The notes beneath the pieces were generated by a model. It was not told where the DNA came from. It was given only the letters and a program-made list of their open reading frames with translations, and made no database searches. Both the position numbers and the translations under genes were made by a program. Positions 18,573 through 27,709 of a stretch of DNA of 64,000 bases are shown one piece after another. Position 1 is the stretch's first letter, and the number at the start of each line of letters is the position of its first letter. This DNA comes from Longimicrobiales bacterium (lineage in GTDB: Bacteria > Gemmatimonadota > Gemmatimonadetes > Longimicrobiales > Gaopeijiaceae): assembly GCA_041690395.1 (NCBI GenBank), contig JAWLHJ010000004.1, positions 192,001 to 256,000 of the forward strand, given 5' to 3'.

Positions 18573-19555
18573 GACGCGGCCTCCGTCTCGGACACGAAGA
18601 CGCCGACCGCTCCGATCACCCCTGCGGTCTCGGGAAGCTCCCCGGCCACGATCGTGCAGGCACGCGCGGCCCAGTCGAAGGCCCTCCGTCGGACTTCGGA
18701 GCGCAGCGGACCCATCAGGTGCTCGCCCGCCCGGGTCACGCCGCCGACCAGCACGACCCGCTCCGGATTCAGCACGTTGACGAGGTTGGCGATTCCCGCC
18801 GCCAGGAACTTCGCCGTCTCGAGCATGACCTCCTGGGCGTAGGCGTCGCCGCCGACCAGCGCTTCGTACACCGTGAGCGCCGTGATCGAGGAGAGGTCGC
18901 CGTCGACCAACTCCGGAATCGACGATCGGTATCCGACCTCGATCCCCTCCCGCGCGCGGGCCGCGATGTTCGGCCCGGACGCGTACGCTTCGAGGCAGCC
19001 GTAGTTGCCGCAGGCGCAGCGCCGGCCGTGCAGGTCGATCGTCATGTGCCCGACCTCGCCCGCCGAGCCGGAGGCGCCGCGCACCAGCTTGCCGTCGAGG
19101 ACGATCCCGCCGCCGATACCGGTGCCGAGGGTCAGCCCGACGAGCGAGCGCACCCCCCGCCCCGCCCCCATCCACCACTCGCCGTAGGTGGCGCAGTTGG
19201 CGTCGTTGTCGAGCGTGGCCGGCAGGTCGAGCGCGTCGGAGATCCGGTCGCGAATAGGGTAGCCGTCCCAGCCGAGGTTCGGCGTCTCGACGACCACACC
19301 GGCGTCGAGGTCGAGCGGCCCCGGACAGCCGATCCCCACCCCCACCACGTCGGCCCGCGTGCCCCCGTGTCGCGAGAGCGTCTCCTCGATGGCGGCGTCG
19401 ACCATGCGCGCCACGTCCGTGACCGCCGCGTCTCCACCCCGCGCGGGCTCCGTCGCCCGGGAGCGCAGTCCCTCGGGAGGGCCGCCCTCCGCGGGCACGA
19501 CCCCGACGACGAGGTTCGTCCCGCCGATGTCGACACCGACGACCCAGCGGCTCAC
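18569..19555 (-). CDS. ROK family sugar kinase (glucokinase-like)
   Basis: GVDIGGT, DNDANCA, LTLGTGIGGG, GEVGH, CACGNYGCLEAYAS. Confidence 0.93.
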   Translation of the reverse strand: MSRWVVGVDIGGTNLVVGVVPAEGGPPEGLRSRATEPARGGDAAVTDVARMVDAAIEETLSRHGGTRADVVGVGIGCPGPLDLDAGVVVETPNLGWDGYPIRDRISDALDLPATLDNDANCATYGEWWMGAGRGVRSLVGLTLGTGIGGGIVLDGKLVRGASGSAGEVGHMTIDLHGRRCACGNYGCLEAYASGPNIAARAREGIEVGYRSSIPELVDGDLSSITALTVYEALVGGDAYAQEVMLETAKFLAAGIANLVNVLNPERVVLVGGVTRAGEHLMGPLRSEVRRRAFDWAARACTIVAGELPETAGVIGAVGVFVSETEAAS

Positions 19556-19571
19556 GGGCGGCGCTCCGCGG

Positions 19572-20603
19572 TCAACGCGCGGTCTCCTGGAGCGCCCGCT
19601 CGGTCGCGGCGGCGACGTCGTCGATGGCGATGAGCTTCATGCACTCCTCATGCGCTTCGGAAAGCAGCGTACCAGCGCCCTTGCGGGGGCAGTGGTTCCG
19701 GTAGCAGGGCTTGCAGGGCAGATCGGCGCCGGTCACACCGAAGTCCGGCGCGCCCGTCTGGCGGACCTCGTTCGGATCGGACGACCCCCACAGGCTCACG
19801 GTAGGGGTCCCCACCGCGCCGGCAAGGTGCATCGGGCCCGTGTCGTTGGTGACGAGCAGGTCCACGACCGCCAGAACGGCCGCGAGATCGTCGATGCCGG
19901 TCCGTCCGCCGAGGTCGACGCAGCCCGGCGCGGCGGCGGCGACCCGGGCGGTCTGCGCCCGCTCGCCCGGCCCGCCGATGACGATCACCCGGTCTCCGGC
20001 CCGCACGCGTGCCTTCGCCAACTCCGCGAAGCGCTCCAGCGGCCACCGTCGGGCCGGCGCGTTGGCGCCGGGAAAGAGCCCGACCAGTCGGCGGCTCCCG
20101 TCCCGCAGCTCACCGCTCCATCGCGCGACCAGAGCGTCCGGCACCTCGAGTCGGTGCGAGATCGGCTCCACGTCCGTGTCCTGGCCGAGGAGCAGGCGGT
20201 ACTGGTTGATCCGGTGGAGCGACCAGAGCTCCGCGGCGTCGATCCGGTCACTGAGCATCCAGGTGCGCGAGTCGGTCGCGGTCCCGCGAAGCTCTCCCAC
20301 CCCGCCCCACCGCAGCATCCACGCAGCGGAGAAGGACGGCGTCATGAGCATGCCGCGCCGGTAGCCGCGTCCGCGGAGCATGCGCACGGCGGCCCTCCAT
20401 CCCCGGAAACCCCGCTCGAACGTGAGCACTCGCCCCGGACCCAGCGCCATCTCCAGGATGGGTGCGAGGCCGCGCACGACCAGGACGTCGGCCGATTCGG
20501 CCACCAGCGCGGGGAGCGCCAGGACGACGTCGCCCAGATGGTTCGGCGCGCGAATGATGGTCGAGCGGGTCCGGCCGCCCCCGGTCCCGGCCACCTCGCT
20601 CAC
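19572..20603 (-). CDS. Glycosyltransferase family 9 (LPS heptosyltransferase II-like)
   Basis: PNHLGDVVLALP, FPGA...RRWP, TNDTGPMHLAGAVGTP, PCKPC. GTG start at 20603. Confidence 0.9.
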   Translation of the reverse strand: MSEVAGTGGGRTRSTIIRAPNHLGDVVLALPALVAESADVLVVRGLAPILEMALGPGRVLTFERGFRGWRAAVRMLRGRGYRRGMLMTPSFSAAWMLRWGGVGELRGTATDSRTWMLSDRIDAAELWSLHRINQYRLLLGQDTDVEPISHRLEVPDALVARWSGELRDGSRRLVGLFPGANAPARRWPLERFAELAKARVRAGDRVIVIGGPGERAQTARVAAAAPGCVDLGGRTGIDDLAAVLAVVDLLVTNDTGPMHLAGAVGTPTVSLWGSSDPNEVRQTGAPDFGVTGADLPCKPCYRNHCPRKGAGTLLSEAHEECMKLIAIDDVAAATERALQETAR

Positions 20604-20605
20604 CG

Positions 20606-22408
20606 TCAGTCCGAGCCCAGGTTCAGCACCGCCAGGAACGCCTCCTGGGGGATCTCCACCGAGCCGACCGCCTTCATGCGCTTCTTCCCCTCCTTCTGCT
20701 TCTCCAAAAGCTTCCGCTTTCGGCTGATGTCGCCGCCGTAGCACTTCGCGGTCACGTTCTTCCTGAGCGCCTGAACGTTGCTCCGGGCGATCACGTTGTT
20801 CCCGATGGTAGCCTGTAGTGCGACCTGGAACTGCTGCCGGGGGATCAGCTCCTTGAGCTTGCTCACGAGGTCACGGCCGTACTCGTACGCCTTGTCCTCG
20901 TGGATGATGACGCTGAAGGCGTCCACCGGATCGCCGTTGAGGAGGATGTCGAGCCGGACGAGGTCGTCCTCCCGGTACTCGAGGAACTCGTAGTCCAGCG
21001 CGGCATACCCGCGAGTCCCGCTCTTGAGCCGGTCGTAGAAGTCGAGCACGATCTCGGAGAGCGGCAGCTCGAAGTCGATCTCCACACGCTGCGTGTCGAG
21101 ATAGCTCATCCCCTTGAAGACGCCTCGCCGCTCGTGGCAGAGCTTCTGGACGTTCCCGATGTACTCGGACGGGCACAGGATACGCGCACGCACGATGGGC
21201 TCCGAGATGCTGTCGATCTTCCCGGGGGGCGGCAGCGCCGTGGGGCTCTCGATCTCGAGCTCGGTCCCGTCCGTGAGCTTCACGTGGTACTCCACGTTCG
21301 GAACGGTGGTGATCAGCTCGACACCGAACTCGCGGTCCAGCCGTTCCTGGACGATCTCCATGTGCAGGAGCCCCAGGAAGCCGCACCGGAACCCGAAGCC
21401 GAGCGCGACGGAGGTCTCCGGCTCGTACTGCAGGCTCGCGTCGTTGAGCTTCAGCCGCTCGAGCGCGTCACGCAGCTCCTCGTACTCGTCCGAATCCGTC
21501 GGGTACAGGCCGGCGAAGACCATCGGGCGAGCCTCCTGGTATCCGGGCAGGAGCGTCGTCGCGCGATTGTCCGCGTCGAGGATCGTGTCGCCGACCTTGG
21601 TGTCGCCGACCTCCTTGATCGCCGCGACCACGTATCCGACCTCTCCCGGTCCGAGCTCCTTCGTCTGGACCCGGCCGAGCTTCATGTGCCCGACCTCGGT
21701 GATCTCGTACTTGGCTTCCGCGTTTCCGAAGGCGATACGCATGCCCGGGCGGAGCTTGCCGTCCATGACGCGGACGGAGGGCACGGCGCCCAGGTACTTG
21801 TCGTAGTACGAGTCGAAGATGAGCGCGCGGAGCGGGGCGTCCGGATCACCTTCGGGCGGAGGGACCCTCTCGACGACCGCTTCGAGGATCTCGGGGATCC
21901 CGATCCCTTCCTTGGCGCTGGCCAACAGCACGGAGTCCGGGTCCACCCCCAGGAGGTCGGCGATCTCGTCCCGACGCTTCTCCGGCTCCGCCCCCGGCAG
22001 GTCGATCTTGTTCACCACGGGGATGATCTCGAGGTCCGCATCGAGCGCCAGGAACAGGTTGGACAGCGTCTGCGCCTGCACGCCCTGGGTGGCGTCGACC
22101 ACCAAGATGGCCCCCTCGCACGCCGCCAGGGAGCGCGAGACCTCGTAGGTGAAGTCCACGTGCCCGGGCGTGTCGATCAGATTGAGCTGGTACTCCCGCC
22201 CGTCCTGTGCCTTATACGCCATGCGCACGGCGTGGAGCTTGATCGTGATGCCACGCTCGCGCTCGAGCTCGTTGTCGTCGAGCACCTGCTCGCGCATGCG
22301 ACGCTGGTCGAGGGTGCTGGTGCCCTCGAGCAGTCGGTCCGCGAGCGTCGACTTGCCGTGGTCGATGTGCGCGACGATGCAGAAGTTCCGGATGTTGGCA
22401 ATTTGCAC
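20606..22408 (-). CDS. lepA: Elongation factor 4
   Basis: [67 protein letters not shown] start 22408. Confidence 0.98.
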   Translation of the reverse strand: MQIANIRNFCIVAHIDHGKSTLADRLLEGTSTLDQRRMREQVLDDNELERERGITIKLHAVRMAYKAQDGREYQLNLIDTPGHVDFTYEVSRSLAACEGAILVVDATQGVQAQTLSNLFLALDADLEIIPVVNKIDLPGAEPEKRRDEIADLLGVDPDSVLLASAKEGIGIPEILEAVVERVPPPEGDPDAPLRALIFDSYYDKYLGAVPSVRVMDGKLRPGMRIAFGNAEAKYEITEVGHMKLGRVQTKELGPGEVGYVVAAIKEVGDTKVGDTILDADNRATTLLPGYQEARPMVFAGLYPTDSDEYEELRDALERLKLNDASLQYEPETSVALGFGFRCGFLGLLHMEIVQERLDREFGVELITTVPNVEYHVKLTDGTELEIESPTALPPPGKIDSISEPIVRARILCPSEYIGNVQKLCHERRGVFKGMSYLDTQRVEIDFELPLSEIVLDFYDRLKSGTRGYAALDYEFLEYREDDLVRLDILLNGDPVDAFSVIIHEDKAYEYGRDLVSKLKELIPRQQFQVALQATIGNNVIARSNVQALRKNVTAKCYGGDISRKRKLLEKQKEGKKRMKAVGSVEIPQEAFLAVLNLGSD

Positions 22409-22776
22409 GGAAAGGAGTGCCGAATGAGTGAACGGAAGAGTCCGAAAAGCTAACGCAGGGGTCGAACCCCTCGAAGTGCCCCGGTCCGGACAGGGGCGCG
22501 GACGAGGGGCAACCCTCCTTGCGGCCCGCAGGCTCATAAGCACCTGTTGTGCAACCGCTTAACCGGACCAGTCGGGCACGCTCATGCCCGGAGCGGTCCG
22601 GTCGCCGCCCACCCGATCACCTGGGGACCTCTTCCCCCCGCGCGCCTACCGGTACGTCCCTTGCTTCCGGCGAGCCCGCCCCCGGTCGACGCCCAGGCCT
22701 CGCCGGGAGCACCCGGAATCGCCGGATCCTCGCTGGCGCCCCCCAAGAACCCAATGACCGTATCACGGAGTCACCT

Positions 22777-23793
22777 ATGAATTCTCCGCGCGCGCTGTTC
22801 GCGGCCGCGGCGACCATCGTCACGCTCTCGGCCTGCGACGTTCCGACCGAGCCCCCGATGTTCGAGCCGCGCTGGATCATCCCCGTCGAAGAGACCTCGC
22901 TCTCGGTCGACGAGCTCCTTCCCGCGAACGTCGCGGTGTCGGGCGACGCTTTCGACGTTTCCGTCGATCCCGTCTCGGCGCTCGAGACGCTCGGCGACCT
23001 GTGCCCCGGCTGCGCGGCCGCCGACGGCATGGTCGCGCCGGTGCCCGCCTTCAACGGCTCCTTCGTGTCGACCCAGGGCCTCCCGGCCGACGTCGCATCC
23101 GCGGAGGTGTCCGGCGGCTCCATCGACATCGAGGTCCTCAACGGCTTCACCTTCGATCCGCTCGACAACGGCGGGTCGGTGACGATCTCGATCGCGGACG
23201 ACGTCACCGGCGAGCTGCTGGGCCAGCTCGTCCTGGAGGATCCGACGGACGATCTGCAGCCGAACGTTCCCGTGTTCCGGAGCATTTCGGTCCAGCCCGG
23301 CTCGATCACGGGCCCGATCCGGGCCACCACGACGGTGGACGCCCCCGGCGGGCAGTCGGCGTTCATCGACGTCTCCGACCAGATCCAGGTGACCTCGACG
23401 GTTCAGTCGCTCCTGGTGAGCGCCGTGACGATCGACGTCGGCAACCGGTCGGTCACCCTCGACGAGCAGGAGGTCGAGCTGGAAGACATCGACCAGGAAG
23501 TCGCCGACCGGATCATCGAGGGTTCCATCATCCTGGACATCGACAATCCGTTCGGGGTCAGCCTCGACGGGACCATCGAGATCGGGAGCACGTCGAAGAG
23601 CCTGTCCATCACCGATGCGGAGACGTCGACCGTCACGCTGACCTATACCGGAGAGGAGCTCCGCTCGTTCATCGGCCAGCCCAGCGTGTTCTTCCGCGGC
23701 AGCGGCGTGGCCAACGGCACCGCGGTCACGATCGCACCCGGCCAGGTGATGCTCATCGAAGCGACGCTCGACTTCACGATTCTGATCGGCTGA
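22777..23793 (+). CDS. Beta-rich lipoprotein of unknown function
   Basis: GGAG SD, lipobox TLSAC, acidic beta-strand-rich sequence, CPGC pair. Confidence 0.75.
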   Translation: MNSPRALFAAAATIVTLSACDVPTEPPMFEPRWIIPVEETSLSVDELLPANVAVSGDAFDVSVDPVSALETLGDLCPGCAAADGMVAPVPAFNGSFVSTQGLPADVASAEVSGGSIDIEVLNGFTFDPLDNGGSVTISIADDVTGELLGQLVLEDPTDDLQPNVPVFRSISVQPGSITGPIRATTTVDAPGGQSAFIDVSDQIQVTSTVQSLLVSAVTIDVGNRSVTLDEQEVELEDIDQEVADRIIEGSIILDIDNPFGVSLDGTIEIGSTSKSLSITDAETSTVTLTYTGEELRSFIGQPSVFFRGSGVANGTAVTIAPGQVMLIEATLDFTILIG

Positions 23794-23804
23794 GGAAACG
23801 ACCC

Positions 23805-25100
23805 ATGACCATGAAGCACTTCTTTCGTGTTGTGATGGCGGTGGTCGTGTCCACCGCCGTCCTCGGCGCTCCGCGGACCGCGGACGCCCAGCTCGCCAAC
23901 GCGAGCGCATCGACCCTGGCCCTCTCGGGCGCCACCACGGCGACCGCCCGCGGCTTCGGCGCCATCAGCGTGAATCCGGCCGGGCTCGGCATGCCCGGCT
24001 CCGGGTTCAGCCTGGCCCTCCTCCCCATCCAGGCGCGAGCCGGCCTCGGTCCGGTGACCCTCTCCGACCTCAATGAATACCAGGGCGTGGTCGTACCCGA
24101 CGCCGTGATCGAGGAGTGGCTCACGCGCATCGAGGACGCCGGCGGGCAGTCGGGCCTCGTAGGTGTGGACGTGTCGGGGCTCGCGCTGACTTTCGGGAAC
24201 TTCGGACTGCAGGTCTCGACGACGGCGTCCAGCGACTTCGTCATCCCCGCCGGCGTGGCTGAAGCCTTCATGCAGGGGAACGCCGGCCGCACGGGCGACG
24301 CGACCGATCTGGACCTGACGGACCTCGGGATCGATGCCTTCGCCTCCAGCACGGCGGGCCTCAGCTACGCCTTCCCGGTCGGTCCGGCCATGTTCGGCGT
24401 GACCGGTAAGTACACGGTCGGCCACGGCCTGGCGGTGGCACGCGCCACCTCCGGATCGATTTCGACGGACCCGATCTCCATTTCGCTGGAGAGCCCGGCC
24501 ATCGCGCCCTGCGACGACGCGATTCTCGGAGGGTGCAATGAGAGCATCGGCAACAACGGGAGCGGCTTCGGCGCCGACGTCGGATTCATGATGGAGCTGC
24601 CGATGCTCACGGTCGGAGCGTCCGTCATCAACCTGTTCAACACCTTCTCCTGGGACCTCGCCACGCTGTCGTACCGGCCCGGCACCGCCCAGTATGAAGA
24701 CGGCACGTACGACTCCGAGTTCGACGAGGCTCCGCTCGCCGGAGCCCCCGCGGATATCCGGGCGATCGTCGACGAGTACACATTCAAGCCGACCCTGCGC
24801 GTCGGTGCGGCGATGGACTTTCCGATGGACCTCACCGTCTCGGCGGACATCCACCATCAGGTGAGTGACGAAGGGATCGCCCTCGGACCGCGCTCCCATC
24901 TCGGCGTCGGCGCGGAGTGGCGGGCTTTGAAGCTCATCCATCTCCGGGCCGGCCTCGGGCTCATCACGGGCGGCACGCAGTACAGCGGCGGCGCCTCCCT
25001 CGTGCTCGGCCCGGTGAACCTCTCCGTCGCCGGCGCCGCGCGGAGCGGGGACAACGAGGGTGCGCTCACGCAGTTCACGCTCTCGTTCGGGAACCGCTGA
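23805..25100 (+). CDS. Outer-membrane beta-barrel (FadL/TraF/DUF5723-like)
   Basis: Signal peptide (ADA/Q), N-terminal A..NPAGL motif, alternating amphipathic strands, C-terminal FTLSF. Confidence 0.7.
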   Translation: MTMKHFFRVVMAVVVSTAVLGAPRTADAQLANASASTLALSGATTATARGFGAISVNPAGLGMPGSGFSLALLPIQARAGLGPVTLSDLNEYQGVVVPDAVIEEWLTRIEDAGGQSGLVGVDVSGLALTFGNFGLQVSTTASSDFVIPAGVAEAFMQGNAGRTGDATDLDLTDLGIDAFASSTAGLSYAFPVGPAMFGVTGKYTVGHGLAVARATSGSISTDPISISLESPAIAPCDDAILGGCNESIGNNGSGFGADVGFMMELPMLTVGASVINLFNTFSWDLATLSYRPGTAQYEDGTYDSEFDEAPLAGAPADIRAIVDEYTFKPTLRVGAAMDFPMDLTVSADIHHQVSDEGIALGPRSHLGVGAEWRALKLIHLRAGLGLITGGTQYSGGASLVLGPVNLSVAGAARSGDNEGALTQFTLSFGNR

Positions 25101-25132
25101 CGGGTGAGCCGCATCCCTCGCGGGGTCGGGTG

Positions 25133-25180
25133 AAAAGAAGAGGGCCGGGGCGCGATGCGCGCCCCGGCCCTCGTTTCATT
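25133..25180. terminator. Bidirectional intrinsic terminator between convergent genes
   Basis: Perfect 15-bp inverted repeat GAGGGCCGGGGCGCG(25140-25154)/CGCGCCCCGGCCCTC(25158-25172) with a 3-nt loop, A-rich left flank and T-rich right flank. Confidence 0.8.
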
Positions 25181-26607
25181 CAGTGGAGCGTCCGGTTCCC
25201 ACCACCACCCGGGCGCCCGGTGGAAGCTCCGCCCCGTGGAGGTCGGGCTCCTCGGGCGGGACGGGTGCCGCGCGGGGGCGGAGCCCCACGCGTCGACGCA
25301 CCTCCTCGCGAAGGCCGTGCTCCGCGGGCCGGCGGTGCCGCTCGAGCGGGACGGGCGACCCGCGGCCGCTCCCGGTCGCCCACACCGGTGCGCGGAGCCG
25401 CCGAGGGTGGCGGCGCGGGCCTGCGCCGGTCCCTGGCCGCCGGCTGCGTCCGCCGGTCGGGTCCCGCCGGTCGGGCGCCAGCCGAAGGCGGGCCGGCAGG
25501 CGCCTTCCCGCGGTCGGCTGCCCGTGGGGTCCCTCGGGTCGGCGCGGTCCGGGCCGACCGACGTGCGTCGGCGGCCTCGGCGGCCGCTGCCGCCGCGCGG
25601 CGGGACGCGGCCGTGCTACCGCGGATACCGGTCGTGACCGGGCGATCTGCCGCCGAGCGCGCGCGGTCCCGGGCGGCCGGCGCACTCCGCGGGGTCGCCG
25701 AACGCGCGGGGACGATCCGCCCGGACGAGGCGCTGCCACGACGCGCCGACGCGTCGGCCGCGGCGCGGCGGCCGGGAGCCTCCTTGAACTCGACCTGCGG
25801 CGCGGGAGCCGACCTCACCCTCACGATGGGCGCCCAGGCCTCGGCGGGCCTCCTCGCGGCGACGTCGTAGCGAGGCCGGTCCGGAATCGGTCTCGGGAAG
25901 ACGACCCGGGTCCCGGCGTAGCGGTAGGCCGGATGGAAGTAGGGATCGTCGTAGATCACCACACGATAGGTGGAGCAGACGGTCTCGTAGGGATTCCACT
26001 CGGCGAACGTGCGGTAGGTATGACAGTCGTAACAGAGGAATCTGGGATAGCTGCGGGGCTCGTCCACGTGGTACGTGGCGAAGTCGAGCCCGTACGGCAC
26101 GTCCTGCCACCCCGGCACGATCGCCATGATGAAGTCGTCCATGGCGACGTAGGGATCGTCGTACACCACGCTCCCGACCGCCGACAGGTCCCATCCGAAA
26201 TCCCGATGGTACCGGAACGCGCTGAAGTCGAGGGGCTCGGGTGAGGCGACGAGGAACATGTACCCGACGCCCGGATCGTCCGCGACCATCCAATAGGGCG
26301 AGCGGGCGAGCACCAACTGGTGGTCGCGCCGTCCTCTCACGAAGCCGTCGTCGCCGGGTTGGGACGGGGAGACCAGGCGCACCCGACCGTCCGTGTCGAT
26401 CTGGAACACCGCCGCGTAGGCGTCTTCCGATGTCCGGTAGCGGATCCGCACGCGCTCGCCGCGGCGCACCACCGGCTCCTCGCCGTCTCCGAGCCAGAGC
26501 CGCGCCTCGACGACGTCCTCGTCCGCGGCCGTCTGAGCCGCTACCGGACCGCTCGCCAGGGCGACGAGCGTCGCTCCCGCGAGCCCCAGCAACATGCGGT
26601 ATCCCAT
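25180..26607 (-). CDS. Secreted DUF4384-like domain protein with CxxCH and long Arg/Ala/Gly/Pro-rich disordered tail
   Basis: Signal peptide. GERVRIRYRTSEDAYAAVFQIDTDGRVRLVSP...LVASPEPL is DUF4384-like. CYDCH motif. Low-complexity C-terminus. Confidence 0.72.
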   Translation of the reverse strand: MGYRMLLGLAGATLVALASGPVAAQTAADEDVVEARLWLGDGEEPVVRRGERVRIRYRTSEDAYAAVFQIDTDGRVRLVSPSQPGDDGFVRGRRDHQLVLARSPYWMVADDPGVGYMFLVASPEPLDFSAFRYHRDFGWDLSAVGSVVYDDPYVAMDDFIMAIVPGWQDVPYGLDFATYHVDEPRSYPRFLCYDCHTYRTFAEWNPYETVCSTYRVVIYDDPYFHPAYRYAGTRVVFPRPIPDRPRYDVAARRPAEAWAPIVRVRSAPAPQVEFKEAPGRRAAADASARRGSASSGRIVPARSATPRSAPAARDRARSAADRPVTTGIRGSTAASRRAAAAAAEAADARRSARTAPTRGTPRAADRGKAPAGPPSAGARPAGPDRRTQPAARDRRRPAPPPSAAPRTGVGDRERPRVARPARAAPPARGARPSRGGASTRGAPPPRGTRPARGARPPRGGASTGRPGGGGNRTLH

Positions 26608-26726
26608 GCCTTCCCTCCTGCCTGCCTGACCGATCGACGCACTACTCTACACGGGGATCGCCGCGAAGGTCACGCCGCGGGCCGCCCACGGGGCTCGCAC
26701 CGCCGCTCCCGGGCGACCACCGACCG

Positions 26727-26755
26727 TTGAGCTTGCCCCCCCTCCCCGGTAGCTT
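26727..26755 (+). promoter_or_regulatory. Putative sigma70-type promoter of the DUF58 operon
   Basis: TTGAGC-N17-TAGCTT, ending 11 nt before the ATG. Confidence 0.4.
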
Positions 26756-26766
26756 CACCCACTCCG

Positions 26767-27696
26767 ATGGACACCACGAAGAACCGCGCCGGCAGCGGCG
26801 CCCGGCTCGATCTGCTCGATCCAGCGGCCCTCTCGAAGCTGGGTGGGGTCGAGTTCGTCGCGCGCCAGGTGGTCGAGGGCTTCCTCATGGGGCTCCACCG
26901 TTCCCCGCACCGCGGCTTCTCCGCGGAGTTCGCGGAGCTGAGGGCCTACCAGACGGGAGACGATCTGCGCCACATCGATTGGCGTATGTACGGCCGCTCC
27001 GACCGTTTCTACGTGAAGCAGTTCGAGGAGGAGACCAACCTCAGGGCGTACCTCCTGGTCGACGTCAGCGAGTCGATGGGTTGGAGCTCCGACCCGGGCA
27101 CGCTCCCGGACAAGCTCTGGTACGCCAAACAGCTCGCGGCCTCGCTGGCGCTCGTCCTGCTCCGGCAGGGCGACGCGGTCGGCCTGACGGCCTTCCACGA
27201 CGAGGTGGTCGCCCGGGTCGCCCCGCGCGGCGGGCGGCGGCAGTGGAAGGAGCTGGCGCGCTCGCTCGACGACCTCTCGGCCGTGGGCAGCACGTCGGCC
27301 GAGGGCGCGCTCCGGGACGTGGCGGTGCGGCTCCGGCGGCGCGGGCTCGTCGTCCTCCTCTCCGACATGCTGGTGGCACGGGAAGAGACGCTGACGGCTC
27401 TCAAGTACCTCAGGCACCACGGGCACGAGGTGCTCGTGTTCCACGTCCTCGACCCCGGAGAGCGTGAGCTCCCGGCCGCATCCGAGGCCCGCTTCTTCGA
27501 TCCCGAGAGCGGCCGTGAGCTCCTCGTGAGCGTGGCCGACGTGCGCAACGAGTACCGAGAGGCGGTCGACGAGGCGCTCCAGGAGTGGCGGCGCGAATTG
27601 AAGCCCCAGGGGATCGACTACGAAGTCGTGCAAACGGACCGCCCTCTGGGCATCGCGCTCCGCGCCTATCTGCGGAAGCGCGAGCGCCTCGGATGA
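26767..27696 (+). CDS. DUF58 domain (MoxR-associated vWA-like) protein
   Basis: GLHRSPHRGFSAEFAELRAYQTGDDLRHIDW, KQFEEETNL, DVSESM. Confidence 0.92.
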   Translation: MDTTKNRAGSGARLDLLDPAALSKLGGVEFVARQVVEGFLMGLHRSPHRGFSAEFAELRAYQTGDDLRHIDWRMYGRSDRFYVKQFEEETNLRAYLLVDVSESMGWSSDPGTLPDKLWYAKQLAASLALVLLRQGDAVGLTAFHDEVVARVAPRGGRRQWKELARSLDDLSAVGSTSAEGALRDVAVRLRRRGLVVLLSDMLVAREETLTALKYLRHHGHEVLVFHVLDPGERELPAASEARFFDPESGRELLVSVADVRNEYREAVDEALQEWRRELKPQGIDYEVVQTDRPLGIALRAYLRKRERLG

Positions 27697-27709
27697 CCGG
27701 TAGCGCCCG

